Below, in pieces: positions 15,037 to 23,655 of a DNA stretch of 25,615 nucleotides. Below the pieces are notes generated by a model. It was not told where the DNA came from, made no database searches, and worked only from the letters and a program-made list of their open reading frames with translations. Where the stretch lies: the IMG/VR virus record IMGVR_UViG_3300043103_000174, positions 1 through 25,615 of that record. One strand, written 5' to 3'. Position 1 is the first letter of the stretch; every line of letters begins with the position of its first letter. This DNA comes from a virus. Lineage: Duplodnaviria > Caudoviricetes. Made by a program: the position numbers and the translations under genes.

Positions 15037-17768
15037 ATGATTATCCAGTTACCGTCGTTATATTGTAAATTTAAAGTATCAGTTGTGCTTAATGTATAAG
15101 AGCCAAATCCCTCAATTGTAGTTCCTGAAGATGGTATAATTGTAACTGTATTAGCAGAAGTATCAACACGCTTTAATGTTATTTTTTTACCATAATAAAC
15201 AGTTGTTAAAATATCATTAATTGTGTAAGTAGCAATTTCATAAAGGTTATTACCAGTTAAAGTAACATCAATGTTTGTAGTTGACGCATCAATTAAAATA
15301 GTTCCGTCTGCTTCATTGCAAGTATAATCAGAACCTATTTGTATTAAAGACGTTCCATTAACAACCTTAGGAATATAAACACCATTCAATTGAACAAATC
15401 CGTCTACATTATCAGGAACGATTATATTGTCGCCAACTATTAAAACATTGTTTGATGTTGACGGACTTACATTGTAATCACCAACAGATAATGTATTTGT
15501 ACTTTCAACACCTTGCGAATCGCCTATTGTAGTTGTTTGTGCAATCCTTGCAGTTCCTGTACTTCCAGTTGCTAAATCACTATCAGTTAATGAAGTTGAA
15601 GTTGGCACAAAAGCATTGGTATAAAGTAATTTAATTAGTTCGTACTTAGTTGAAGTCTCATCTAATGGAGTGTAGTTTTCAATACGATTAACAGAATAAT
15701 AACTGCCATCAATAAATAGTCTATTTCTAAAACTAAACTTGTTTATGTCAAGTGAATTAACCCATAAATATTTAGTAATAAACTTAGCGTCCCTATCTGA
15801 AATATTAAGAATATAGTTTTTATGGAATCTATTATAAAGGTTATTGTTAGTAAAAAAAGTACCAACGTAAGTATAAAAAACCTCTTTTGGTAAACCAAAG
15901 TTTAAATCGTAAGTTGGATTAAGTGGATCGTTTGTGTGGCCTACATATAAATATTGGTCTGTCTCTAAATATGATAAACCAAAACCATCGTAAATATATT
16001 TATTAGGTGCAGTCTTAACACTACCCGTTGTTAGTATTCTTACATTTGGAACTACTGAAGTTTTAACTCCATTTTCTTGTTTATAAATTTGTGGGCAAAT
16101 AATACCTAATTTATAATTTGCCACATTTGGAGTTGGCGAGAATATAACTTCATTAACTTTTTCAGCAACACTAAATTCATTTTCTACGTTTATGTTTTCA
16201 GTTCCAAACGGCTCGTTGTATTTAGTTTGAAATAAGTTATTCCAATAATCAGTATCGGCTTTATATTTAAAAATGTAACGCTTAGAATCTAAGGTATTAA
16301 TATTATTCGTTTGCTCTTTGTCTAAGTCTGTTTTATTTTCATAGTTCAATATCCCGCCAGCGTGAAATACATCAAAGGTTTCAATAATTAAATTGTTAGG
16401 ATTGTTTTTATCAACTTCAATTTGTAGGTTAAACATTTGAATGATTGACTTTAAAAAGTCTTTTTGTTTAATCTTTTGTGGCAAAACAGAATTAGCTAAA
16501 AGTGTGTCTGTATCTTGAACTGATTTGCTTGTTAGTAAAGAATAAAACGAAGTACCCGTTGCACCACTTTTTAGCTTAACCGTTACCGTTCCTGTGCCTG
16601 TTGTTACTTGTATATTACTTGCATTATAATAAACTATTGAACTTGCAGTATATTTGGTAAAATGATATAACCTATCACCAGTTGATAAGAATTGCTCTGT
16701 TGCTACTTGTTGAGTATAATTATATGTTACATTCTTTTGTAACTCATTATAAGGATTTATTGTGTTATTAACGAAAACAAAGAATGAGCTACCACCATCA
16801 GGACTTTTTTTGATTTGCAAACTACTTGAAAAACTTAAAGTACATCGAGTAACTGTTGGATCGGTGTGTGTCATTATAACGCTATAAACATTATTAGCAA
16901 CCGTATTATAATTACCATTAGATGCTATTTGAACATAAGTACCAAAAGATTGATTCCCTGTATCAAAGAATGGCGAGCTTTCACTTGTATGATTAACATC
17001 AAGGTTTGTTCCGCTTGTCATTGTGTAATCACTTGTTAAACCAACGTAATATTGTTTATTTGATATTTGAGCAGGTGTTAAATTTATAGTGCTTAAGTTA
17101 GGATAAATAACGTGCTTTCTAAATTCGGCACTATCTAAAATAGATGATGTATAAGTTCGCCCTGTTTTCTCAATTATCTTTTTAACGTATTCCCGAACGT
17201 GAAACATTGGTAAAAAATCGGTAACCTTAAATGTAGTTTGATTACTATTATTATTACCATTTTCAACGTGAGCGTAAATATAACCAAAACCAGAGCCAGC
17301 ATTTGAACGTGATGCTATTTGATTAGTTCTATTATAAGTATGGTTATATGCTGAAAAGTCTAAATCATTTGCCGTATCGGGATTGCCTGTTATGTAATAG
17401 TCTCCAATATCTCCAAAGAAACTTGCACCCTCACCTTTGATTGCACACTCGTAAGTTTTTAAATTATCAGCGTTAATAGTTATCTTAAGCAATTGTAAAT
17501 CCCCTTCTAAGTTTACAATATCATCTACATAATATTTAACTTTTGTTTTCTTATTCTTATTGAAAGTATTAGTAACTGCATTTACTTCAAATACGTTTTC
17601 AAATAATATATTGACTGCGTTTGATTCTGGTAAATTAATAGTTTTACTCCATGAGCTTTTAAACTTGTCTGGCTCTCTAACATCCGCAATATTAAAGTTA
17701 ATGCTAACGGGTATCTGTTCGCCAAATGGTACGCTTGTGTCTGCTATCTCTAATCTCGTTCTAACCAT
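15033..17768 (-). CDS. large tail tip / baseplate-hub-like protein (911 aa)
   Basis: I.DV.....SWSKTI.LP....N..F N-terminus, KQKDFLKSI..MFNL motif, beta-rich C-terminal domain ending in DGNW.I; TAATG-coupled to the upstream tail gene. Confidence 0.72.
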   Translation of the reverse strand: MVRTRLEIADTSVPFGEQIPVSINFNIADVREPDKFKSSWSKTINLPESNAVNILFENVFEVNAVTNTFNKNKKTKVKYYVDDIVNLEGDLQLLKITINADNLKTYECAIKGEGASFFGDIGDYYITGNPDTANDLDFSAYNHTYNRTNQIASRSNAGSGFGYIYAHVENGNNNSNQTTFKVTDFLPMFHVREYVKKIIEKTGRTYTSSILDSAEFRKHVIYPNLSTINLTPAQISNKQYYVGLTSDYTMTSGTNLDVNHTSESSPFFDTGNQSFGTYVQIASNGNYNTVANNVYSVIMTHTDPTVTRCTLSFSSSLQIKKSPDGGSSFFVFVNNTINPYNELQKNVTYNYTQQVATEQFLSTGDRLYHFTKYTASSIVYYNASNIQVTTGTGTVTVKLKSGATGTSFYSLLTSKSVQDTDTLLANSVLPQKIKQKDFLKSIIQMFNLQIEVDKNNPNNLIIETFDVFHAGGILNYENKTDLDKEQTNNINTLDSKRYIFKYKADTDYWNNLFQTKYNEPFGTENINVENEFSVAEKVNEVIFSPTPNVANYKLGIICPQIYKQENGVKTSVVPNVRILTTGSVKTAPNKYIYDGFGLSYLETDQYLYVGHTNDPLNPTYDLNFGLPKEVFYTYVGTFFTNNNLYNRFHKNYILNISDRDAKFITKYLWVNSLDINKFSFRNRLFIDGSYYSVNRIENYTPLDETSTKYELIKLLYTNAFVPTSTSLTDSDLATGSTGTARIAQTTTIGDSQGVESTNTLSVGDYNVSPSTSNNVLIVGDNIIVPDNVDGFVQLNGVYIPKVVNGTSLIQIGSDYTCNEADGTILIDASTTNIDVTLTGNNLYEIATYTINDILTTVYYGKKITLKRVDTSANTVTIIPSSGTTIEGFGSYTLSTTDTLNLQYNDGNWIII

Positions 17769-18913
17769 TATATACCTCTTTGTCTTGTTTCTGTATTATC
17801 GTATTCAGCCGTTATTGAATAGTTAAATAATTTATCGTTAACATGCTTGCTAAATTTATATGAATTATCAGTTATTGTAATAGGTTTATAGTCGCCTGTT
17901 TCTAATTGTAACCAAACCATTGGACTATCAAACAATTCATTTAATTCAATTGCTTGTTGCTCTGTAATCCAATTAGTATTTAAAGTAATTGACTTTTGAC
18001 TTGTAGTTGAAACCGTATTCTTTTCTCTTTTATAAGTTGGTGCAGAATAAACACCAGCCGTTAATGTTTTGGTATTCATTCTAACTGTATTCGTTTTCTT
18101 AGTCATTGTTTCTTGACTAACTAATTCAAAGGTCTTAAATCCAACTGATCCATTACGCTTATAATAGTAAACATTGTATTGAACTGATTTAGTACAAACG
18201 TCTGTAAAATTAAATGATAGTGTTAAAATAGTATCACCGTTAATATTAATATCTAACCTATCGCCAACGTTAACAGTAATACCAGAACCATTAAACAATT
18301 TCTTACCGGCATTTACATAATGAATATAAGCACCTGTTGGAATGATTTGATTTATAGTTCCTTTAAACGCTCCACTTGATCTATATAAATTAAAATCAAT
18401 ATCGTAAGCATCAAATTTCCAAAAGTGAATCCAATTGTCTGCTTTAATATCAATAACCTTATTCGGTGTTAAAAATTCATTTACATTATTTTTAGATACT
18501 AAGTGAACACCAGCCGTATAGTCAACATAATTATAAGTGCTAAATGTATCGGAATCTAAACAAGCGTTCCACGCTACATAACTATAAGTAAATGTACTTT
18601 GAACTGCACCCGAATAAAACTCTTTGATGTAAACGGTAACGGCCACTGCAGAATCAGTAGCATAGGTAACACTTGTAACCGTTGGATTGAATGAATGCTT
18701 AATATAATTCTTAACTACTTCAATAGCATCAAACACGCAATATCCATCTGGCCTTTGCAATATCTTTTTAGTGTAAATGATTGAACCACCTACTTGGAAT
18801 TGAACTAAGTAATAAAAATCACTAATAGCAATTTGATTAGATAATGCAACGAATATCTGCTCATTATAAGCGGGTGTATATATTTGTGGTTTTTGACTAA
18901 CTGTTAATGCCAT
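17768..18913 (-). CDS. tail structural protein (distal-tail-like, 381 aa)
   Basis: LNT.WI.E.....ELF.SP.VW C-terminal motif typical of this gene in Bacteroidota siphophages; within the tail operon. Confidence 0.65.
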   Translation of the reverse strand: MALTVSQKPQIYTPAYNEQIFVALSNQIAISDFYYLVQFQVGGSIIYTKKILQRPDGYCVFDAIEVVKNYIKHSFNPTVTSVTYATDSAVAVTVYIKEFYSGAVQSTFTYSYVAWNACLDSDTFSTYNYVDYTAGVHLVSKNNVNEFLTPNKVIDIKADNWIHFWKFDAYDIDFNLYRSSGAFKGTINQIIPTGAYIHYVNAGKKLFNGSGITVNVGDRLDININGDTILTLSFNFTDVCTKSVQYNVYYYKRNGSVGFKTFELVSQETMTKKTNTVRMNTKTLTAGVYSAPTYKREKNTVSTTSQKSITLNTNWITEQQAIELNELFDSPMVWLQLETGDYKPITITDNSYKFSKHVNDKLFNYSITAEYDNTETRQRGI

Positions 18914-19457
18914 CGTTTATTTCAATTATTACTTCTGTTTTTAATACTTCACTTATTCTAGCAGTCAACTCATCTAATCGACCATCGTTTATTACTTTAC
19001 TCCAGAAACCTAACTTTTGGTTTTTGTAAGGTTGTGAGTGTCCTTCCTTTTGTATCTTACGAGCTATTGCAAAAGCAAATTGTTTAACTGCCTTTTCTCT
19101 ATTTTGTGTTTTTTTCTGTTTATCAGATTTTCTATTCTTTGCAAACTTTTGCCTTGCTTCAGACATTTTAGGTTTCAATCCACGTCTAACAATCCACTTC
19201 TCAATACTTTCAAGTCCCTCTTTACTTACATTACCTTTACCCCTACCAGCATCAAGTATGTAACCATAAGTAGGCATACTAACTTGTAAAACAATTGCAC
19301 CGTTTACATTACGTGGTGGCGTGTAGTTAATCTTAGCACTTAATCTAGACGCTTGCCCACCATAAGACACCGCAGCATCTAAGTTAGCCCTAACATCGTT
19401 TACAGTCGATTCACCAAACTCAACAAGTATTTTATCTATTTCATCACCTAATGCCAT
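18897..19457 (-). CDS. neck / tail-completion protein (HK97 gp10-like, putative)
   Basis: Basic protein with S.RL..I, YG..D.GR, W...RG, AFAIARKI..EG motifs. Confidence 0.6.
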   Translation of the reverse strand: MALGDEIDKILVEFGESTVNDVRANLDAAVSYGGQASRLSAKINYTPPRNVNGAIVLQVSMPTYGYILDAGRGKGNVSKEGLESIEKWIVRRGLKPKMSEARQKFAKNRKSDKQKKTQNREKAVKQFAFAIARKIQKEGHSQPYKNQKLGFWSKVINDGRLDELTARISEVLKTEVIIEINDGINS

Positions 19458-20156
19458 TCACCGCTATTTCAAATTTCCCTTTATCTTTTAAGTAACTAAT
19501 CTTATTCATAAATTGTACCAAATTCCAATTGTAAACCACCTCCCACGTAACCCTTTCATTTTGCACACATTGGTCTATGTTGTACTCCCACCCCCATTGT
19601 TCAAGAAATCCTGAAACTCTTTGTCGTTCTGTATCTCGTCCATCGTCTTGGCTAACAACTCTTGATTCTTCACTAAATATTCCTGTATAAGTTTCTCGCA
19701 TTGACTGTAAAATCTTAGCGAAAAAAAAACAGCCCCTAAAACGTCCCCTATTCTTTTGCTTAACATTTTGTTTGCTACATAGGAATGATTAGATGCGTGG
19801 TATGCTCCATTACTTGGACGGTAAATAACTGCCAATAATTCATTAAGTTGAGCTTCATTCTTATAAAGTGAATAGAAGTCAACCATTTGATTAACAGATA
19901 TATTGGTTAGTTCAACTGATGGACTGTAATACTTAAAACCTATTCTTAACTTACGCTTAAAATCCAAATCAGTAGGCACTTGTTTTAAGAATGCTATTTT
20001 GGACATGATGTAATTAACGTCCATTAGTTCAACCTCTTCTAATGCTTTGCCTGTTACAATAGCCATTTCATTAGCTATCTTATCCAATGGCTCTAAGTCC
20101 TTAGGTAACTTTGCTAAGCTAATATATTGTTGAACTGTTAAATCTTCGAATCTCAT
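19444..20156 (-). CDS. tail assembly chaperone, -1 frameshifted long form (gpGT-like, about 237 aa)
   Basis: The 19444..19701 ORF is in the -1 frame and stays open back through the T9 run at 19721-19729 (FAKILQS-MRETY...); contains WGW and ...YLKDK. Confidence 0.7.
19575..20156 (-). CDS. tail assembly chaperone, short form (gpG-like, 193 aa)
   Basis: DLTVQQY N-terminus, LAVIYRP motif, GAVFF slippery site; first gene after a late-promoter motif. Confidence 0.7.
   Translation of the reverse strand: MRFEDLTVQQYISLAKLPKDLEPLDKIANEMAIVTGKALEEVELMDVNYIMSKIAFLKQVPTDLDFKRKLRIGFKYYSPSVELTNISVNQMVDFYSLYKNEAQLNELLAVIYRPSNGAYHASNHSYVANKMLSKRIGDVLGAVFFSLRFYSQCEKLIQEYLVKNQELLAKTMDEIQNDKEFQDFLNNGGGSTT
19721..19730 (-). 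other. slippery sequence GTTTTTTTTT (X XXY YYZ = T TTT TTT)
   Basis: A9C on the + strand; 0-frame codons GTT TTT TTT; -1 frame open for 92 codons. Confidence 0.75.
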
Positions 20157-20160
20157 TGTT

Positions 20161-20189
20161 TTAAAGTATTAAAAATTAATAAAAGGGAC
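20161..20189 (-). promoter_or_regulatory. putative phage-sigma late promoter, copy 1 (GTCCCTT-N14-TACTTTAA)
   Basis: Fills the TerL-chaperone gap; 4 nt before the ATG at 20156. Confidence 0.75.
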
Positions 20190-21371
20190 TTATAATAATT
20201 CAATCTTAGATGACTTATTAATCTTATTTAAGGCGATATATCTAAGTGCATCAATGGCATGATTATCTTTGTCTATCGGAGTTCCTAATTGTTTACCTTC
20301 TTTGTCAACCGCCCAACGCCACGTTCTAAATTCTTTGATTAAGTTAGTGCTTGACTTGGTTATATTGATGGTATATTGTTGTAAGGTGTCAATTGAATTA
20401 CGGATCGAATCCGACCCCTTTGATGCCGGATAAATGTTTTTATAACCACCTCGATAAACGTCTTCAATAGATTTTGGCTCAGCACTATCGGCTATTATAT
20501 CAGCATATCGATTGATAGCTAATTCATTCATTCTAAGTACTATGTCGCTATTGGTTAATCCTGTTTGATATATTAACTCATTAACGTAAAGTTCACCGTT
20601 GTATCGGTAGCATTCAATCAAAGTAGTTGGATCGTTTGTAAAACCCCAGTCCATTCCGTATGATATAAATTCAGCGTTAGGCGGGATTGCATCAACCTCA
20701 TTCCAATTCTCAAAGATTACGCCTTGTAAGTTACCAATGTTACCTAATCCGTAAACATTCCAAAGATTAGCCCAATACTTATTCTTTACTTCGCCATTCT
20801 CATAATAACCACTATTGTAATAGTTTAGTATTTCATTACGTTCGTTTTCAGATAGTAGCTCATTATCCCTAAATGTAAGTTGTAGAAAGTCAACATCGTC
20901 TCTACCTACAACATCGGTATCAATATAAAATTCGGCATCAGGATTGTAATCGGCATAGACTTGGCCGGCACGTGAAGCTACTTGCCTATAACTTTCAAAG
21001 TCAATCTTATTAACCTCATTGAAGTAAGCAACATCTGATCGTAAACCCTTACCAACGTCTGACTTATCTAATCCTATAAACTTAATGAATGAGCCATTAG
21101 GGAATCGGTATAAAGTACCTGCTAAGAAACGACTATCGTCATAGATACCTATTAACCTCATTAGCTTAACAAAGTCTTTAATGACAGTTAAACGCATCTT
21201 AGTTAACTCAGATGATAGTATCAATATTTCTTTATCTGGCTTTGATGCTGCATGGTTAATTAACAATATCAATATTGAAATAGTTTTACCGGCACCTTGC
21301 CCACCTCTTATTACTTTAATCCTTTTCTTTAAAGATGCTATCTTAAGTAAGGAGGTTGTCTTTTGAATCAT
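20190..21371 (-). CDS. terL: terminase large subunit (PBSX/SPP1-like)
   Basis: Walker A GGQGAGKT, Walker B YFNE, DYNP motif, nuclease GMDWGFTNDPT, ADSAEPKSI, NHAIDALRY. Confidence 0.95.
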   Translation of the reverse strand: MIQKTTSLLKIASLKKRIKVIRGGQGAGKTISILILLINHAASKPDKEILILSSELTKMRLTVIKDFVKLMRLIGIYDDSRFLAGTLYRFPNGSFIKFIGLDKSDVGKGLRSDVAYFNEVNKIDFESYRQVASRAGQVYADYNPDAEFYIDTDVVGRDDVDFLQLTFRDNELLSENERNEILNYYNSGYYENGEVKNKYWANLWNVYGLGNIGNLQGVIFENWNEVDAIPPNAEFISYGMDWGFTNDPTTLIECYRYNGELYVNELIYQTGLTNSDIVLRMNELAINRYADIIADSAEPKSIEDVYRGGYKNIYPASKGSDSIRNSIDTLQQYTINITKSSTNLIKEFRTWRWAVDKEGKQLGTPIDKDNHAIDALRYIALNKINKSSKIELL

Positions 21372-21780
21372 CCAATGGATCTAAATTTAAAACACTAATT
21401 GAAGTTGTAACTACTGATTCTGTTTTCTCTGTAAGGCCATTTAAACGTTGTGTAATGCTCGAATTATATTGGCCTACCATACCCCCATCTATTTGGTCAT
21501 CCTTTCTCTCGTTGACTATATGCGTACAGATAACACAATATTCATCATATCTATTATCTTGGTTATCAAAATAGTGTCTAATTGTAACTCCAAATTTACG
21601 ATAACAGTATGCTTCAAAACCTACTTGAGTAAGTGGGCGTTCTAAAGGTTCTGCTACCATTTCACCAGTCTTTTGAGAAAGGATATATTTAAAACGTGGG
21701 TTATTTTTAACCTCTTGTTTATAGAGTTGCCAAAACTCTAATAGCTTTTCAGGAGTTTCTATGTATTTATGCTTTGCCAT
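21343..21780 (-). CDS. terS: terminase small subunit (P22 gp3-like DNA packaging protein)
   Basis: ETPE.L...Y, RPLT..GF, DQI.GGM.G.YN.SI..RL.GL.EK motifs; overlaps the TerL start. Confidence 0.85.
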   Translation of the reverse strand: MAKHKYIETPEKLLEFWQLYKQEVKNNPRFKYILSQKTGEMVAEPLERPLTQVGFEAYCYRKFGVTIRHYFDNQDNRYDEYCVICTHIVNERKDDQIDGGMVGQYNSSITQRLNGLTEKTESVVTTSISVLNLDPLDDSKDNLLT

Positions 21781-21917
21781 TACGGTAATTTAAATGATAT
21801 TATATATTTTGTTTTTTCTTTATAAAGACTTAATTTAAGAAAATAGACACCGAATAATTTATATCCGTCAATCCATTTCATGAGTTCAAAATTAAAGTAT
21901 TTATGAATCTTAGTCAT
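21780..21917 (-). CDS. small hypothetical protein (45 aa, MTKIHKYFNFELMKWIDGYKLFGVYFLKLSLYKEKTKYIISFKLP)
   Basis: Manual translation; TAATG coupling into terS. Confidence 0.55.
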   Translation of the reverse strand: MTKIHKYFNFELMKWIDGYKLFGVYFLKLSLYKEKTKYIISFKLP

Positions 21918-21954
21918 TATTCCAAAAGTTTATATTTTCGTATTCGTCCTGCAT
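21910..21954 (-). CDS. 14-aa micropeptide MQDEYENINFWNND
   Basis: Manual translation; ATG 1 nt after the upstream stop; overlaps the next start by 8 nt. Confidence 0.35.
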   Translation of the reverse strand: MQDEYENINFWNND

Positions 21955-21955
21955 T

Positions 21956-22069
21956 TTAAAACCAAGTGTAAATAAATAATTTAACTAATAATTTAATTAA
22001 AGTTACTGCTAATAAAATACCTAAAGTTATTTGCAAACCTATAACTATTTTTTCAAATTTATCTCTCAT
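21956..22069 (-). CDS. small membrane protein (37 aa, MRDKFEKIVIGLQITLGILLAVTLIKLLVKLFIYTWF)
   Basis: Manual translation; TAATG coupling from the upstream gene; single TM helix. Confidence 0.6.
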   Translation of the reverse strand: MRDKFEKIVIGLQITLGILLAVTLIKLLVKLFIYTWF

Positions 22070-22362
22070 TAATTAATTAAATTATAAAGTTCCTCATTTG
22101 TATGTGATAATATACACCTATTCATTTCGTCGTCGTTTAGGATGTGTTCTGGACGTGGACTGATTAAAGTAGGTGGCTTGTGCATTTCATGTAATCCCCA
22201 AACTATTTGTTTGTGATTATCCTTAGTGTAATAAAAACATATATGTCCCATAGTTGAGAGAATATCAAACTCTTTAACATCAACTAAGGTTTGTGTTTTA
22301 AAATCATAAACCTGTTTTTTATATCCTAATTCTAATAGGTAATTTTCAAAGCTCATCTTCAA
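22069..22362 (-). CDS. hypothetical protein (97 aa)
   Basis: ORF in a coupled chain; WGLHE..KPPTLISPRP segment. Confidence 0.7.
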   Translation of the reverse strand: MKMSFENYLLELGYKKQVYDFKTQTLVDVKEFDILSTMGHICFYYTKDNHKQIVWGLHEMHKPPTLISPRPEHILNDDEMNRCILSHTNEELYNLIN

Positions 22363-22531
22363 CTACTTTTAAAACTCGGTAACCTCTATATTTTTTAACC
22401 TCACGTTTTAATTCAGTACAAAGTTTTTTGTATTGATCTGAATCCATTGCAAGTACTTGACGTTTCTTTAAATGATTATCTGGTAGCTTAGCTATGTGAT
22501 AGTCGAGTAATTCGGTTACAGTTACATCCAT
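22346..22531 (-). CDS. hypothetical protein (61 aa)
   Basis: TAATG-coupled to the upstream gene. Confidence 0.7.
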   Translation of the reverse strand: MDVTVTELLDYHIAKLPDNHLKKRQVLAMDSDQYKKLCTELKREVKKYRGYRVLKVVEDEL

Positions 22532-22761
22532 TACTTAGTTTTCTTAGGTTTAACATCCCACAATTCATTATCAACTGCATACTTGTATATTTTATCAAAT
22601 ATACTATTTTCGCCACATGTTAAGCATGTAGTTAAGTCGATTGTTTCTCCTGTTAGTTCAGCGTATTCATTAACGATTGCTAACATAGTTGAGTTGGATG
22701 CGTCGGGTTTGTTACCGTATGCAACTACACCTAAGATAAATTCTTTGTTTTCCTTTATCAT
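22531..22761 (-). CDS. hypothetical protein with CxxC motif (76 aa)
   Basis: TTCLTCG motif; ATGA-coupled to the sigma gene. Confidence 0.7.
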   Translation of the reverse strand: MIKENKEFILGVVAYGNKPDASNSTMLAIVNEYAELTGETIDLTTCLTCGENSIFDKIYKYAVDNELWDVKPKKTK

Positions 22762-23276
22762 AACTTTACGTTTGTTTTTATTTGTTTTATTATTCTTGCT
22801 TTATTTCTTTTTACTAATCTATAATTTATATCGAGTTCCTTTGATATTTCTGTAAGTTTTTTACCAGATACGTTTTCAAATAGAATGTAGACGTCTGACT
22901 CTTTAATATTTTTGTTAGTGTTTAAAAAAGTAAATACATTCTCAAAGTCTGTGTCTAATTGATAGTTGTAATTGTTATCTATTTGATTGACGTTATCAGT
23001 TGACTTGAATGAGTTACACATTTCAAATAGTACATTATCTTTACCGTTGAGACAAAAGGAACGGGATTGATTATTAGCTTTGCCAAACATAACAGAGAAT
23101 GTAAAGGCCTTTAAATTGTTTATCCTGTTAAACTTTTCGTCTTCAAGTGAATATAAATATAAAAACGTTTCTTGATATAAGTCTTCCCAAATGAATCGGT
23201 TATTGCATAGCTTTCGAGCATTAGCTTTTAGGCTTGCATCTTTGTATAAATCGGATATTTGTTTTTGTTTTATCAA
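22758..23276 (-). CDS. phage RNA polymerase sigma factor, ECF-like (regions 2 and 4)
   Basis: Region 2 EDLYQETFL.L; region 4 HTH GKKLTEISKELDINYRLVK; start uncertain (TTG at 23276 preferred because the TTG at 23288 lies inside a promoter box). Confidence 0.8.
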   Translation of the reverse strand: MIKQKQISDLYKDASLKANARKLCNNRFIWEDLYQETFLYLYSLEDEKFNRINNLKAFTFSVMFGKANNQSRSFCLNGKDNVLFEMCNSFKSTDNVNQIDNNYNYQLDTDFENVFTFLNTNKNIKESDVYILFENVSGKKLTEISKELDINYRLVKRNKARIIKQIKTNVKL

Positions 23277-23285
23277 AATATAATA

Positions 23286-23318
23286 CAAATATATAAATTA
23301 ATTACAATAAACAACAAA
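23286..23318 (-). promoter_or_regulatory. Bacteroidota primary-sigma promoter TTTG-N21-TATATTTG driving the phage sigma operon
   Basis: -7 box at 23286-23293 and -33 TTTG at 23315-23318 with canonical spacing. Confidence 0.7.
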
Positions 23319-23373
23319 TTTCCAACCATTTATATTTACTGCTTGGCAAATAGGTAACATTTTTAATATCTTA

Positions 23374-23655
23374 TCATTTAGTTGGTATCTCAATATATTC
23401 ATCTCCTTTAATTAAAGTGTAAGTAAAATTATGCATGTAGTCTGTCATTTGCTCGACTGCCTTAAGACTTTGCTCGTCTAAGTTAGTCTTAATTGTTTTA
23501 ACAAACATGTCGCTTGATCTTATCAAATCATTAAACTTTTGCTTCTCTAAATGTTTAAATCGTCCTAAAAAATGTGTATATGCTTCATTTTGCACTACTG
23601 ATAAAGCACAAAATACAATTAAGGCTCTTTGGGTTTGTTGTTCAATTTCTGTCAT
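23374..23655 (-). CDS. hypothetical helical protein (93 aa)
   Basis: ORF preceded by AAAAACAATACTACC-ATG. Confidence 0.72.
   Translation of the reverse strand: MTEIEQQTQRALIVFCALSVVQNEAYTHFLGRFKHLEKQKFNDLIRSSDMFVKTIKTNLDEQSLKAVEQMTDYMHNFTYTLIKGDEYIEIPTK

Noticed and set aside
21892-21899. TACTTTAA box upstream of terS as a fourth late promoter
   Set aside because: No GTCCCTT box 14-15 nt upstream; lies within a small ORF
7-22855. Other short opposite-strand or nested ORFs in the track (7..222, 1649..1927, 4324..4530, 4779..5015, 6639..6872, 7407..7598, 10309..10497, 11560..11745, 13502..14746 set, 17560..17826, 19038..19289, 21181..21645 set, 22583..22855)
   Set aside because: All lie over better-supported genes, mostly with non-ATG starts and shadow-like composition
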